DNA of 64,000 nt from Octopus vulgaris. Lineage: Eukaryota. The stretch spans positions 104,408,001-104,472,000 of the forward strand of contig OX597820.1 of the NCBI GenBank assembly GCA_951406725.2. The letters run 5' to 3'. This document shows, in pieces, positions 27,908-39,670 of the stretch (positions within the stretch are counted from its first letter, which is position 1; each line of letters opens with the position of its first letter). A model generated the notes under the pieces. It searched no databases. It was not told where the DNA came from and worked only from the letters and a program-made list of their open reading frames with translations. A program made the translations under genes and the position numbers.

Positions 27908-28210
27908 GTTTGTTCCTTCTCGAGCCACACCTGGCTCATAAGGGCCGGTTTCCCGGTTTCCTTGGCGTATAGGTTCCCCACCTGGACGGGACGCCGGTCC
28001 GTCGCAGGTGAGCTGCAAGATGCTGGAGGAAAGAGTGAGAGAAAGTTGTGGTGAAAGAGTCAGCAGAAGTTTCGCCATTACCTTCTGCTGGAGCCACGTG
28101 GAGCTTAGGTGTTTCGCTCATAAACACACACATCGCCCGGTCTGAGATTCGAACCCACAATCCCTCAACCGCAAGTTCGCTGCTCTAACCACTAGGCCAT
28201 GTGCCTCCAC
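27908..28210 (-). mobile_element. SINE family B, full length
   Basis: Closely similar to the 20908-21210 copy; short flanking direct repeat atgttatg. Confidence 0.9.
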
Positions 28211-28259
28211 ATGTTATGCTATGTATTCGTCCTGTTCCTACATCGGAACGATACGGACT

Positions 28260-28675
28260 ATGTAGTCATCCTTAAGGATGACATGACTTGCGCAGTGACT
28301 TTGTTTAAAGTGAAGAAAAGTTGCATACCGTATGGGGTTGGAGACGAATGCATTGGGTTACCAAGATGTCATACTTGCCACATCTTGCTCTCTGCACTTC
28401 ATAGTGCATAGCTGCAGCTGCCTTTCCCCTCTGTTGAACCATGAAGGTTTCTTCGGCTGAATCTGCCGGATCCAGTCTTCACATGCATAGATAGACAAGC
28501 CCTTAATATGCTAATTAATCTATAGCTAGAACGCTAGCAGGTACTACTACTCCGGGCCACAATACATCTTGGAACAATAGTGGCTAAGAAGTGGTTCTAC
28601 ACTCCTCAAAACCCTGGAACTTCCAAACCAGGGCTTCACTACTGAATGCAGTTTAAAGTTATACCCAGGACACTA
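28260..28675 (-). repeat. Interspersed repeat with a second diverged copy at ~33815-34270
   Basis: Shared blocks tgtttaaagtgaagaa.agttgcatac, ttccctctgttgaacca..aaggtttc, ggatccag.cttcaca, ctcctcaaa.cctggaact, tgaatgca..ttaaagt.atacc. Class not determined. Confidence 0.7.
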
Positions 28676-29199
28676 TGTCTTTGTAATAGAATCAGCATTA
28701 CTTGTGGATTCAGACATTCAATTTGTAACCATCGCCCTTAAATTCACTTCTCAATAACTGTTGGTCAGAGAACGAATGGAGCAAAGAAGGAATGGAACTC
28801 ACCAAGCGAGGTGGCAGAATCGCTATCTTAGCGGCATTTCGTCCGTCTTTACGTTCTGAGTTCAAATTCCGCCGTTGTCGACTTTACCTTTCATTCTTTC
28901 GGGGTCGAACACTGAGGTCGATGTAATCAACTAGTCCCTCCCACCAAAATTCCAGGCCTTCTGCCTATTGCAGAAAGGACTGATAACAGACGTTCATCGC
29001 CGGCAGCAACGGTGCCCCGTTTGTTATTGCTTCTTTTATTTCTATTTCTCTTCTTCGTCATAACCTTCCTCTCCCTTGCTTTCTGTTGTGTTAAATTAAC
29101 TGAGGAGAGATACATTTTCGCTTGGTTAAAAGGTTGGTTTCAATTCTTCCAGATTTCCTGCTGGAAGAATTGAATTTGACACAGTAGGCAAACAGCCTC

Positions 29200-29770
29200 T
29201 TAGACTGTACCTCAAGCTGGTATCTAATTTCAGCTAAGTGAACTGTACCTCACTGTGATACTTACTTAGAACTAGTTCTACTGTTTCACAGTTTTAGGCT
29301 GTTTACGTCTAGAATGGATTTTCTTTTTAAGATATCTGTCTACAGCTTGTTCATCTGTGTTACAACGGGGCCTATTTAAAACTGAGGTGACTGTACATCA
29401 CTTAGTTTACCTATGTACAGCCAGTTCAACTATTTTTTTCACTCAGGTATCTATTTGCAGCTGGATAAAATGTGTCCCATTATGGTACTTAAGTAAATGG
29501 TATCTCACAGGTATCTACTTACTGTTAAGCAGTGTTCATCTCTATGGTACTAATTTAAAATTAGATGAGCCGCACATCAGTGTAGCACCTTCTTACAGTT
29601 AGAGAGGACTAGTTCTCACTGTGATATATCTACTTAAAACTTGACCGAATGTGTCTCATAGTGACACCTACTTACAACTAGAATACACTGCTGCTCATTA
29701 TAATACCTACATTCATCTCTAAGTGAACTGCGATTCAATGAGGTACCTACTAACACTAAGTAGACTCGGT
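29200..29770. repeat. Highly diverged ~38-bp minisatellite (~15 units)
   Basis: By-eye consensus ggtacctacttacagctaagtgaactgtgtctcactgt recurring at about 36-41 bp spacing. Confidence 0.7.
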
Positions 29771-29934
29771 TCTTGAGAGTTAACTGTGTTAATTCACGAA
29801 GAGAGTACATTGCATTTGTTTAGGATAAGAGACCGTGACTTCTCGGCTGGTTGAAGAGTGCTCTAAGCTTTCAGTCGACATTGTTCTATTTAAGTGATTG
29901 AGTAATGAGTGGTGAAGTGGAAACGGAAGAAATA

Positions 29935-30265
29935 ACTAGATGTCGTAGATGTTTTGTCCTGCGTCTTTTGTTATACTCCCTGGATCTTGGGGTGCTTGAG
30001 GTCTTTCAACATCAAACTGCTTTGCCTACTTGAATCAGCTAGGGTTGATCAAGTCCCAGCTTGCATCCCAGCAACAATACCCTACAGTCCTATTTTCCTT
30101 AATCCAAAGCCACTCCCGCAGCTTTCTTTGCGACTTCAGCGATGGAACGTCTGGGGTGCCCTCTTTGCTCCACAAGTTTATTCCCTGTTAAGACGGAGCT
30201 TTGCAAAAGAAGAATAGCGAAGACTGAGGTGGGATGGGTGGGATTAGTAGACTCTGCCTACCTGA
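29935..30265 (-). mobile_element. HERO-like (RLE) non-LTR retrotransposon 3' end
   Basis: Frameshifted SIAEVAKKA..EWLWIK followed by a 3' UTR GCTGGGATGCAAGCTGGGACTTGATCAACCC..TGATGTTGAAAGACC, matching my recollection of HERO 3' ends. Confidence 0.6.
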
Positions 30266-30601
30266 CAAATATGTAGGTGAAGTACGTAAATAGGCAGATC
30301 AATGGGACGGATGAACAGACGACTGCATGGAAGGGAGAGGATGGGAAGTACAAGGAAGAAGAGAGGAAGAAAATAAAGAGAACGTGAAAAAAAAAAGAAA
30401 AGAGAAAAACAAAGGAAGGAAATTCTGAATATTTCTATAATCCATTGTTTAAGTGGTTTATCTGAGAATTTGTGACATTTAGATGTTTATTGAGTTTGCA
30501 TCACAACACACACACACATACACACACACGCACGCACACTCACGCACACACACACACACACTCACACATACATACATACATACATACATACATACATACA
30601 T

Positions 30602-30632
<31 letters not shown>

Positions 30633-31027
30633 AGCGCACACGTATTAGAACACAAGCACGTATAAGTCATAATGCCTTTATATAACACATCCGACTTGTA
30701 TATCAGTTTCGTGCTCGGTCGACCTTCTAAAAGTAGCAGCTAAATCAACCTCGAATCACTGTCTTAAAGATATTACACTATGTTCTTACACTTTGATCTT
30801 AGACAAAAAACCGTAAAGCGATATCATTTGTGTCTTAAAGATAAGATAACGTAGTCGTAGTGACTTATAAAATTATGTTGGTGGAGAGGGTCACAGATGG
30901 ATTGCCTTTCATCTTCTGTCTCCTAGACTACCGTTAACTTGGGTCTAATACCAATAACAACTCTGTATGGTTTGTGTTTACATAATACACAAACACCCTC
31001 ACACGCGTATTCACACACACCCACACG

Positions 31028-31095
<68 letters not shown>

Positions 31096-31323
31096 CACAC
31101 ACAAACAAACAAATATATTCCTTTCACGGTCCTAGTGTTTACTGTCTTGTCTTTTGAACGTTATACACACGTTTCACATATATGTGTGCAGGGTATTTTA
31201 ACGAAACGCGCGCGCACACACACACACACACACGCGCGCGCACACACACAAACAAACAAATATATTCTTTCGACGGACGCAGAGTATTTACTGTCTTGTC
31301 TTTTCAATGTCATACATGCGTAT

Positions 31324-32102
31324 AAGGCGGCGAGCTGGCAGAAACGTTAGCACGCCGGACGAAATGCGTAGCCGTATTTCGTCTGCCGTTACGTTCTGAG
31401 TTCAAATTCCGCCGAGGTCGACTTTGCCTTTCATCCTTCCGGGCTCGATTAGATAAGTACCAGTTACGCACTGGGGTCGATGTAATCGACTTAATCCGTT
31501 TGTCTGTCCTTGTTTGTCCCCTGTGTGTTTAGCCCCTTGTGGGTAGTAAAGAAATAGGTATTTCGTCTGGCTTTATGTTCTGAGTTCAAATTCTATCGAG
31601 GTCGACTTTGCCTTTCACCCTTTCGGGGTCGATAAATTAAATACCAGCTGCGTACTGGGATCGATATAATCGAATGGCCCCCTCCCCAAAACTTTTGGGC
31701 CTTGTGCCTAGAGTAGAAAAGTATATATTTTAAAGCTGCGAGCTGGCAGAAACGTTAGCACGCCGGCGAAATGCGTAGCCGTATTTCGTCTGCCGTTACG
31801 TTCTGAGTTCAAATTCCGCCGAGGTCGACTTTGCCTTTCATCCTTTCGGGGTCGATAAATTAAGTACCAGTTACGCACTGGGGTCGATGTAATCGACTTA
31901 ATCCGTTTGTCTGTCCTTGTTTGTCCTCTCTGTGTTTAGCCCCTTGTGGGGAGTAAAGAAACAGGTATTTCATCTGTCTTTATGTTCAAACTTCAAATTC
32001 CGCCGAGGTCGACTTTGCCTTTCACCCTTTGCGTACTGAGGCCGATCTAATCGATTGCCCCACCTACCCTAAAATTTCGGGCCTTGTGCCTAGAGTAGAA
32101 AA
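31324..32102 (+). mobile_element. Two tandem composite family A SINEs (head-core-tail1-core-tail2)
   Basis: Heads at ~31325 and ~31733; internal junctions AAAGAAA(T/C)A|GGTATTTC; second tail GCCTTGTGCCTAGAGTAGAAAA. Confidence 0.9.
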
Positions 32103-32775
32103 TAATGTTGTATATACGTTTCACGTATGTGTGCAGTGTATTTTAACCACACAAGTGCTCGCTCGTGCGTGCGCGCGTGTGTGTGTGCGCGCACACACAC
32201 ACGCACACACACTCACACACTCACAAGTATTGAGAATAACTTCTTGTAAGTGATACACACGCAATAGGAGTAGATAGTGTTAGTGTTAGAATGTAAGTAA
32301 AAAATATGAATCTTCGTCGGTTACGGCAATGAATATTACAGTTGTTTGATAAACTGAAATACCTGCGTATTGAATTACCGCGGACACATGTACTCTTAAT
32401 CTTTTACCTGTCCTCTGTCAAATGTGGTACACAGTACATAATTCTCTGGCGTCCATGCATCATATATGATACACGTTCTCAGTTATTTTCCATCTACCAG
32501 AATAATTCGGTACTTATGAAAAGAAAGCAGTATATTGCCTAGAACATATGAAAAAAAGTGATGACTAAATTACAGGTACACACATCCAACGTGTTCCTTA
32601 AGAGTACCGTCTACCTGTTTTCACTCCCAAGACTTGACTCAATTTAAGGCTGGGGTAAAAGACACTTGACCAAAATGTCATTCAGTAGGATCGAACTTGG
32701 GAACTCTTGATTGCGAAGTAAACTTCTTAACCACTTGATCATGTTTGTAAATGTCCTCACATGCTATATATATAT

Positions 32776-33190
32776 ATTTCTTTACTACCCACAAGGGACT
32801 AAACACAGAGGGGACAAACAAGGACAGACAAACGGATTAAGTCGATTACATCGACCCCAGTGCGTAACTGGTACTTAATTTATCGAACCCGAAAGAATGA
32901 AAGACAAAGTCGACCTCGGCGGAATTTGAACTCAGAACGTAACGGCAGACGAAATACCTATTTCTTTACTACCCACAAGGGGCTAAACACAGCGGGGACA
33001 AACAAGGACAGACAAACGGATTAAGTCGATTACATCGACCCCAGTGCGTAACTGGTACTTAATTTATCGACCCCGAAAGGATGAAAGACAAAGTCGACCT
33101 CGGCGGAATTTGAACTCAGAACGTAACGGCAGACGAAATACGGCTACGCATTTCGTCCGGCGTGCTAACGTTTCTGCCAGCTCGCCGCCT
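32776..33190 (-). mobile_element. Dimeric family A SINE
   Basis: One head and two core+tail1 units joined at gaaatacctatttc; diverged TSD tcctcacatgctatata / tcctgacatactatata. Confidence 0.9.
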
Positions 33191-33369
33191 TTCCTGACAT
33201 ACTATATAACTATGCAACTACGTAACTATATATTATGTTAGTGCCCTGGCATAATACACAGTGATATAAATTCACAACTACATGGCTACACTCACTCATA
33301 TATATTCAGTCATAATTGTATACACATGCACATTCATGTTTATATACACATACATATTCATATAAACTC

Positions 33370-33439
<70 letters not shown>

Positions 33440-33560
33440 TTATATACATATACACATTCATATATACACACCTAAACCGGCACTGATTTTATATAACGCG
33501 CATCAAAATGCGCATACAAACATTCACACTTGAATATACATGCGTGTAGTTACATACGTG

Positions 33561-33755
33561 CGAGGGTTTGCTGAGAAGTTCCTGGCTCTAAGGTTATCGC
33601 GAAAGCCAAGTTCTTTTACAAGGCTTAGAAAAGCTGAAGAACCGTTGCGATAAGTGCGTGAAACTGAGAGGGGAATATGTTGAATAAATTCATAATTAAT
33701 TGATCCTCTTGTATTTTCTTTTACCCAAAGCCATGAACTTTACAACATCCTCTCG
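33561..33755 (+). mobile_element. Internally deleted mariner element (MITE)
   Basis: Imperfect TIRs CGAGGGTTTGCTGAGAAGTTCCTGGCT / AGCCATGAACTTTACAACATCCTCTCG|TA; the interior encodes a mariner C-terminus FLQGLEKLKDRCDKCVKLRGEYVE*. Confidence 0.8.
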
Positions 33756-34271
33756 TATATACTCACTCACATTTAGACTAACACTAATACACATACATTA
33801 TTGTCTGACGAGGATTATCAAGTCATCCAAGAAATGATGCCTTGTGCGGTAACTGTGTTTAAAGTGAAGAAGAGTTGCATACTGTTAACCTCACTCTCTC
33901 GTCCGTGACCATCTTCAGTCCAGTGGCAAGAGCGGGTCAAGACAACTAGGAATGAAGACAGATGCTGTGGATGACCAGGATGTCTTACCTGATCATGCCC
34001 TCTGCACTCCACGGTGCGTTGCTGCAGCTCTTTTCCCTCTGTTGAACCACAAAGGTTTCCTCCGCAGAGTCCACTGGATCCAGCCTTCACAGTCATTGGT
34101 AGGTAACCCCTTAGCTCATTAGCCCACAGCTGGAATCAAATGGATGTTATTGCTCCGGGTCAGAGCATACCTTAGAACATGAGCGGCTAAGGGATGGTGC
34201 CCCAATCTCCTCAAATCCTGGAACTCCTAAACCCACTATTGAATGCAAATTAAAGTGATACCCAAAATGAC

Positions 34272-34312
<41 letters not shown>

Positions 34313-34436
34313 ACGCACACACACACACACACAGACGCACACACACACACACACACGCGCACACACACACACGCACGCGCACACACGCACACACACACGC
34401 ACATGCACACATTCATGCACAAATACACACGTATTT

Positions 34437-34690
34437 AAATATTTGAAGAAAAGAAGAGTAAAGATGCCGCTTGCTAAAATTCAAAGCGGAAGCTTAAAAA
34501 AACAACCAATTCTACGATAAATACACACACGAGCAATGTAATGAATATTTTAAAAAATAGGCCTACCTTCAGGATGGAATATGAAGGCATGCCTTCATAT
34601 TTATCGTAGAATTGGTAGGTTTTTTGTTTTTAAGCTTTCGCTTTGATTTTTAGCAAGCGGTATATTTACCTTTCTTTTCGTCAAATATTT
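34437..34690. repeat. Fold-back element (~90-bp arms) with an inner perfect palindrome
   Basis: aaatatttga..ccgcttgctaaaa..caattctacgataaata versus its reverse complement; inner aatatgaaggcatgccttcatatt at 34578-34601. Confidence 0.85.
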
Positions 34691-34703
34691 TATATTATAC
34701 CTG

Positions 34704-35120
34704 CTTCTTTATTACCCACAAGGGGCTAAACACAGAGGGGACAAACAAGGACAGACAAACGAATTAAGTCTATTATATCGACCCCAGTGCGTCACTGGTA
34801 CTTAATTTATCGACCCCGAAAGGATGAAAGGCAAAGTCGACCTCGGCGGAATTTGAACTCACAACCTAACCGCAGCCGAAATACTTATTTCTTTATTGCC
34901 CACAAGAGGCTAAACATAGAGGGGACAAACAAGGACAGACAAAGAGATTAAGTCGATTACATCGATCCCAGTGCTTAACTGGTACTTAATTTATCGACTC
35001 CGAAAGGATGAGAGTCAAAGTCGACCTCGGCGTAATTTGAACTCACAACGTAACGGCAGACGAAATGCCGCTAAGCATTTCGCCCGGCGTGCTAACGTTT
35101 CTGTCAGCTCGCCGCCTTTA
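34704..35120 (-). mobile_element. Dimeric family A SINE with 16-bp TSD
   Basis: TSD ttttatattatacctg at 34688-34703 and 35121-35136. Confidence 0.9.
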
Positions 35121-35250
35121 TTTTATATTATACCTGTTCAGGTAGAAGTCTTGCTAGCCACCTCATCATTACTGTTTTTAGCAGTAGTAATACTTCACGA
35201 GTTTAGATGTGTGTGTGTGTGTGTATACACGCACACATACACACACAATC

Positions 35251-35295
<45 letters not shown>

Positions 35296-35379
35296 ACTAC
35301 CACATGATTGCTAAGCGAATTTCTAAACCACACACTCATGTGAAACGATTGTAATTTAAGTTTTAAGTTTAAGACATAG

Positions 35380-35435
<56 letters not shown>

Positions 35436-36014
35436 TAGAAATGTTTACACATACGAACATTAAGCCACATACAAATACACAAGCACACAATACCACCTCA
35501 CCTCGTATCATCTTTGATGCTCAATTATAGTAAGATCTATTATATTTATAATGGAATGTTAATTAAGTTGATAGATAAGAATAGTGTTAGGTGTCCTCAG
35601 TTTTAGGGTGCTGCCTTTAGGGATCAGTTTTCGTGATCTTCACTGTCCCAGTAGATATAAAACATGTTTTTAACACCTAAGTCTGCCTTATGTTAAATTG
35701 TGCTCAAAGGCGTTCCAATCCTAATCATCATATTTTCTTTAAAGACGGCAGGCTATTAATTGAGTTTTGGTTATTATTTCTTGTTGGTCAAGCGACCTCT
35801 TAGAGCCTCTCAGTCAATCCAACAAGTACAGTACAACAAGTACAGTAAAAAAAAGTGGTTACCGACATCGCGTCATTTATTGCACTTGGCAATATTGACA
35901 ACTCCTCACACATGCTTCCGGCCTGTAAAGGGTCTTAAATATCGACAGAGGCAATAGTTGACGCGGAACTGTCGGTAACATTCTAACCAGTTATTAACCA
36001 GTAATACACTGCTG

Positions 36015-36321
36015 TGTGGAGACACAATGGCCCAGTTGTTTGGGCAGCGGACTCGCAGCCAGAGGATCGCGGTTTCGATTCCCAGACCGGGCGTTGTGTG
36101 TGTTTATTGAACGAAAACACCTAAAGCTCCACGAGGCTCCGGCAGGGGGTGGTGGCGACCCCTGTTGTACTCTTTCGCCCCGACTTTCCCTCACTTTTTC
36201 TTCCCTTTCCTTGAGTAACGCTATGATGGACTGGCGTCCCGTCCAGCTGGAGCGGGGGGGCATACGCCATAGAAACCGGGAAACCGGGCCCATGAGCCTG
36301 GCTAGGCTTGAAAAGGATGCA
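36015..36321 (+). mobile_element. SINE family B, full length
   Basis: Head GTGGAGACACAATGGCCCAG, B-box GGTTTCGATTCCC, GATGGACTGGCGTCCCGTCCAG, A-rich (AAAT)n tail. Confidence 0.9.
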
Positions 36322-36413
36322 TAAATAAATAAATAAAATACACAAGATATACAAGATATAAATATAACTGCTCAATTTATCCTTTGGAATATACATATAT
36401 ACATGTATATATA

Positions 36414-36470
<57 letters not shown>

Positions 36471-36623
36471 TCATAAACAAGGGAAAAAATTTTCCCTGCC
36501 AATATGCTGAGAATAGACTTTAAATCGTCAATCACCTCATTACAAAATACATTCACTATGAATACACGTGATGATGAAATCGAGGAAGGCAAGCAAACAG
36601 AATTTTTTTTTAAAATTCGTTAT

Positions 36624-36680
36624 CTCTATATTAAATCAATTTTGGGATTAGTTCAACGGATTTTCCCCTCTTCAGTAGCG
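36624..36680 (-). ncRNA. Type I hammerhead motif, core mutated (GAAA to AAAA)
   Basis: Minus strand: cta-CTGAAGA-gggg..tccc-AAAA-ttgatttaa-TA-tag. Confidence 0.55.
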
Positions 36681-36878
36681 TATACGATGAGAAAGAAATG
36701 AAATACTTACAAGCATTTCCTTTATTTCTTATCGTATTATTCTGCCCCAAAAGTCAGGGCATCCAAGGTGTTTATGGGGTTTATCCGTGAGCAGCCCTCG
36801 AACGTCTGCTCCCTATTGACGATTACATATTGTTGATCGCTTTTTATTTACAAGTATTTCATTTATTTATTTCGTATT

Positions 36879-36935
36879 CTCTACTGAAGAGGGAAAAATC
36901 CGTGGGATTAATCCCGAAATTAATTCAATACAGAG
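36879..36935 (+). ncRNA. Type I hammerhead ribozyme motif
   Basis: ctcta-CTGAAGA-ggga..tccc-GAAA-tt(aattc)aa-TA-cagag: intact core, stem II ggga/tccc, short stem III, AUA triplet, stem I with one A-C mismatch (paired in the sister copy). Confidence 0.7.
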
Positions 36936-37388
36936 ATAACGAATTTTTAAAAAAATCTTAAAAGCTTTCCTTCCCCCACTTTCAGCACGACGTGTATTCA
37001 TGATGAATGCATATTGTACTGTGACACGAACCTGTGTCCATTATATATTTCTTTACTACCCACAAGGGGCTAAACACAGGGGAGGTCAGCCGCTTCCCCT
37101 TGCTGGTCAGGCATCGGCAGACTAGTTTCAGAGTATTTGCCCCTTATCAAGGCAGAGCAGCCGAAGTTCAAATTTACAGAAAACAATAGACAAAGACAGG
37201 TGTAGGAACAAGCAGGTGTATTAGTTTAACACTCGGGAAGAATGGAAAAGTCTTTTACGTTTCTAGCCTACGCTCTTCGAGAGAAAAGATTAAGGGGAAA
37301 AAATAAAAACGGAGAGAGAAAAAATGTGTAGAGTTCAACGGTTCAACATGATGGAATGGCCGGAAGAAAGAGGCTGAATGAAAGGGAG

Positions 37389-37425
<37 letters not shown>

Positions 37426-37786
37426 TTTCTTTATTAACCACAAGGGTTTATATGAAGAAAAACGTTATGGACAGCGCAGGAGAAACAAATTGTGTGTATA
37501 TGTGTGTGAGTGTGTGTAGTTGAGAGGGTTTTGCGTGTAAACAAGACTAATAAAATGAATAAAAAGAGATCAACAATGTGTAATCCTCAATAGGGAGCAG
37601 ACGTTCGAGGATTGCTCACGGATAAACCCTATAAACACCTTGGGTGACCTGATTTTTGGGACAGAATAATAGTAACGATGACCCGAACGAACTAAGGGGC
37701 GCAAGTGTGTGTGTATGTGAATGTGTATGTATGAATGGGGGTGAGTGTGTGAGTATGCATGTGTGGGCGAGCTGAAAATTACGTAG

Positions 37787-37847
<61 letters not shown>

Positions 37848-38033
37848 AGTAACCCAGTGTGAAGTGATATGTGTTTCATGTACTGGTGTGTATGTCTGTG
37901 TGTGCGTATGGACGTGTGTATGTATGTGTAGTGTTTATATATATGTGTGTTTGTGTGTGTATGTGCATGTATATATTATGTATAAATGTATGTATGTGTA
38001 TATATATATACACAATACACTCACACATATACT

Positions 38034-38065
<32 letters not shown>

Positions 38066-38386
38066 CTTACACATGTATATATAGGTATATGTATATATAA
38101 ACGTATGTAAATATTTGTATATTTATGTGTATTTATATATGTATATGTATATATGTATATATTTATACGTACGCATATATGTGTATATATGTGTGTGTAT
38201 ATATATACACATATATATATATATATATATATGACGTGTTGGTCGTGGCCGGAAGCCTCTCGTATTTCTGTTGAAATACAATTAGAGAGAGCGTCAACCA
38301 TATCATTTACTGAGCGTCGTGTCGATCTTAAGAGAAAATGTCGATTTACTTAAACACGTTTATATAATATAAAGTGGTTGTTGTTG

Positions 38387-38439
<53 letters not shown>

Positions 38440-38564
38440 TGTAAGAGAGAGAGAGAGAGAGAGAAAGTTGCCTTATATAAATATCAATGAAAATAGCTTC
38501 CGCATTCATCAATGTTTTTGTCATACTAAATGATATTTTTAATATTTTTACATATTTTATTGGG

Positions 38565-39110
38565 GCTGAAACGTTAGCACGCCGGGCGAAATGCTTAGCA
38601 GTATTTCGTCTGCAGTTACGTTCTGAGTTCAAATTCCGCCGAAGTCGACTTTGCCTTTCATCCTTTCGGGGTCGATAAATTAAGTACCAGTTACGCACTG
38701 GGGTCGATGTAATCGACTTAATCCGTATTGCCTGTCCTTGTTTGTCTTCTCTGTGTTTAGCCCCTTGTGGGTAGTAAAGAAGTAGATATTTTGTCTGCCG
38801 CTACGTTCTGCGGTCAAATTCCGCCGAGGTCGACTTTGCCTTTCATCCTTTCGGGGTCGATTAAATAAGTACCAGTTACGCACTGGAGTCGATATAATCG
38901 ACTTAATCCGTTTGTCTGTCCTTGTTTGTCCTCTATGTGTTTAGCCCCTTGTAGGTAGTAAAGAAATAGGTATTTCGTCTGTCTTTACGTTCTGGGTTCA
39001 AATTACGCTGATGTCGACTTTCCCTTTCGGGGTCGATAAATTAAGTACCAGTTGTGTACTGGGACTCTATGTAATCGACTGTCACCCTCTCTAAAAATGT
39101 TGGGCCTTTG
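38565..39110 (+). mobile_element. Trimeric family A SINE
   Basis: One head and three cores; junctions AAAGAAGTA|GATATTTTGTC and AAAGAAATA|GGTATTTCGTC. Confidence 0.85.
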
Positions 39111-39456
39111 AGAAAATCCAGAAATTTTTTTCTTTTTTTTTTCTTCGAATTTTCAAAGTTCAATGGTTCAGAAGTCTGAAAAGGTCTAGTGGTAGATAGA
39201 TAGACAAATAGACAGACTGACTGACAGACAGATCAAAAGTACCAAATATCAGAAGTTAAAAGTTAAGTGGTTTAGCAGTTTTTGAGAGGTAGATTAGGTA
39301 AGTAGATAGAAGGTTAGATAGATAGACAGATGGGACCTACTGTTAGCGTGTGGTCTCTTTGTAACCTTGTTACTAGTTCTATGGTTAGTAAGCTAAATGA
39401 AAGCTTTCGAATCTATAATCTATACACATTTTACATGGTTGTTACTGCTGGCGTTG

Positions 39457-39670
39457 GTTGAAGGTTCCGGATGCAGTAAATGAATTTCCAACCATCAAGT
39501 TTGTTCCGGCGTTAGAAGTTGGGTGCCTTCTTCCTGATGAAATGAGTCTCCTTTATTCGGAGGTTGACTGCATCTGTCCCACTGGCCAGTATCTGGGTGG
39601 AGAATTCTCCATCGCAGTGTTGGTGGTGTTGGACTATGGTGTTAGGTGTTCTGGGTTCAAATACCACCTA
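39457..39670 (-). pseudogene. Penelope-like element GIY-YIG endonuclease C-terminal fragment
   Basis: TIVQHHQHCDGEFSTQILASGTDAVNLRIKETHFIRKKAPNF fits the H...IL...L.I.E..FI...P..N end of PLE GIY-YIG domains. Confidence 0.55.

Larger units (their letters stand above)
36541..37018. repeat. Fold-back element (~170-bp arms), each arm carrying a hammerhead motif
   Basis: 36541-36712 aligns with the reverse complement of 36848-37018. Confidence 0.85.

Noticed and set aside
29200-29770. CRISPR-like periodicity
   Set aside because: Whole units diverge evenly, there is no conserved repeat plus unique spacer and no cas genes, and the context is eukaryotic.
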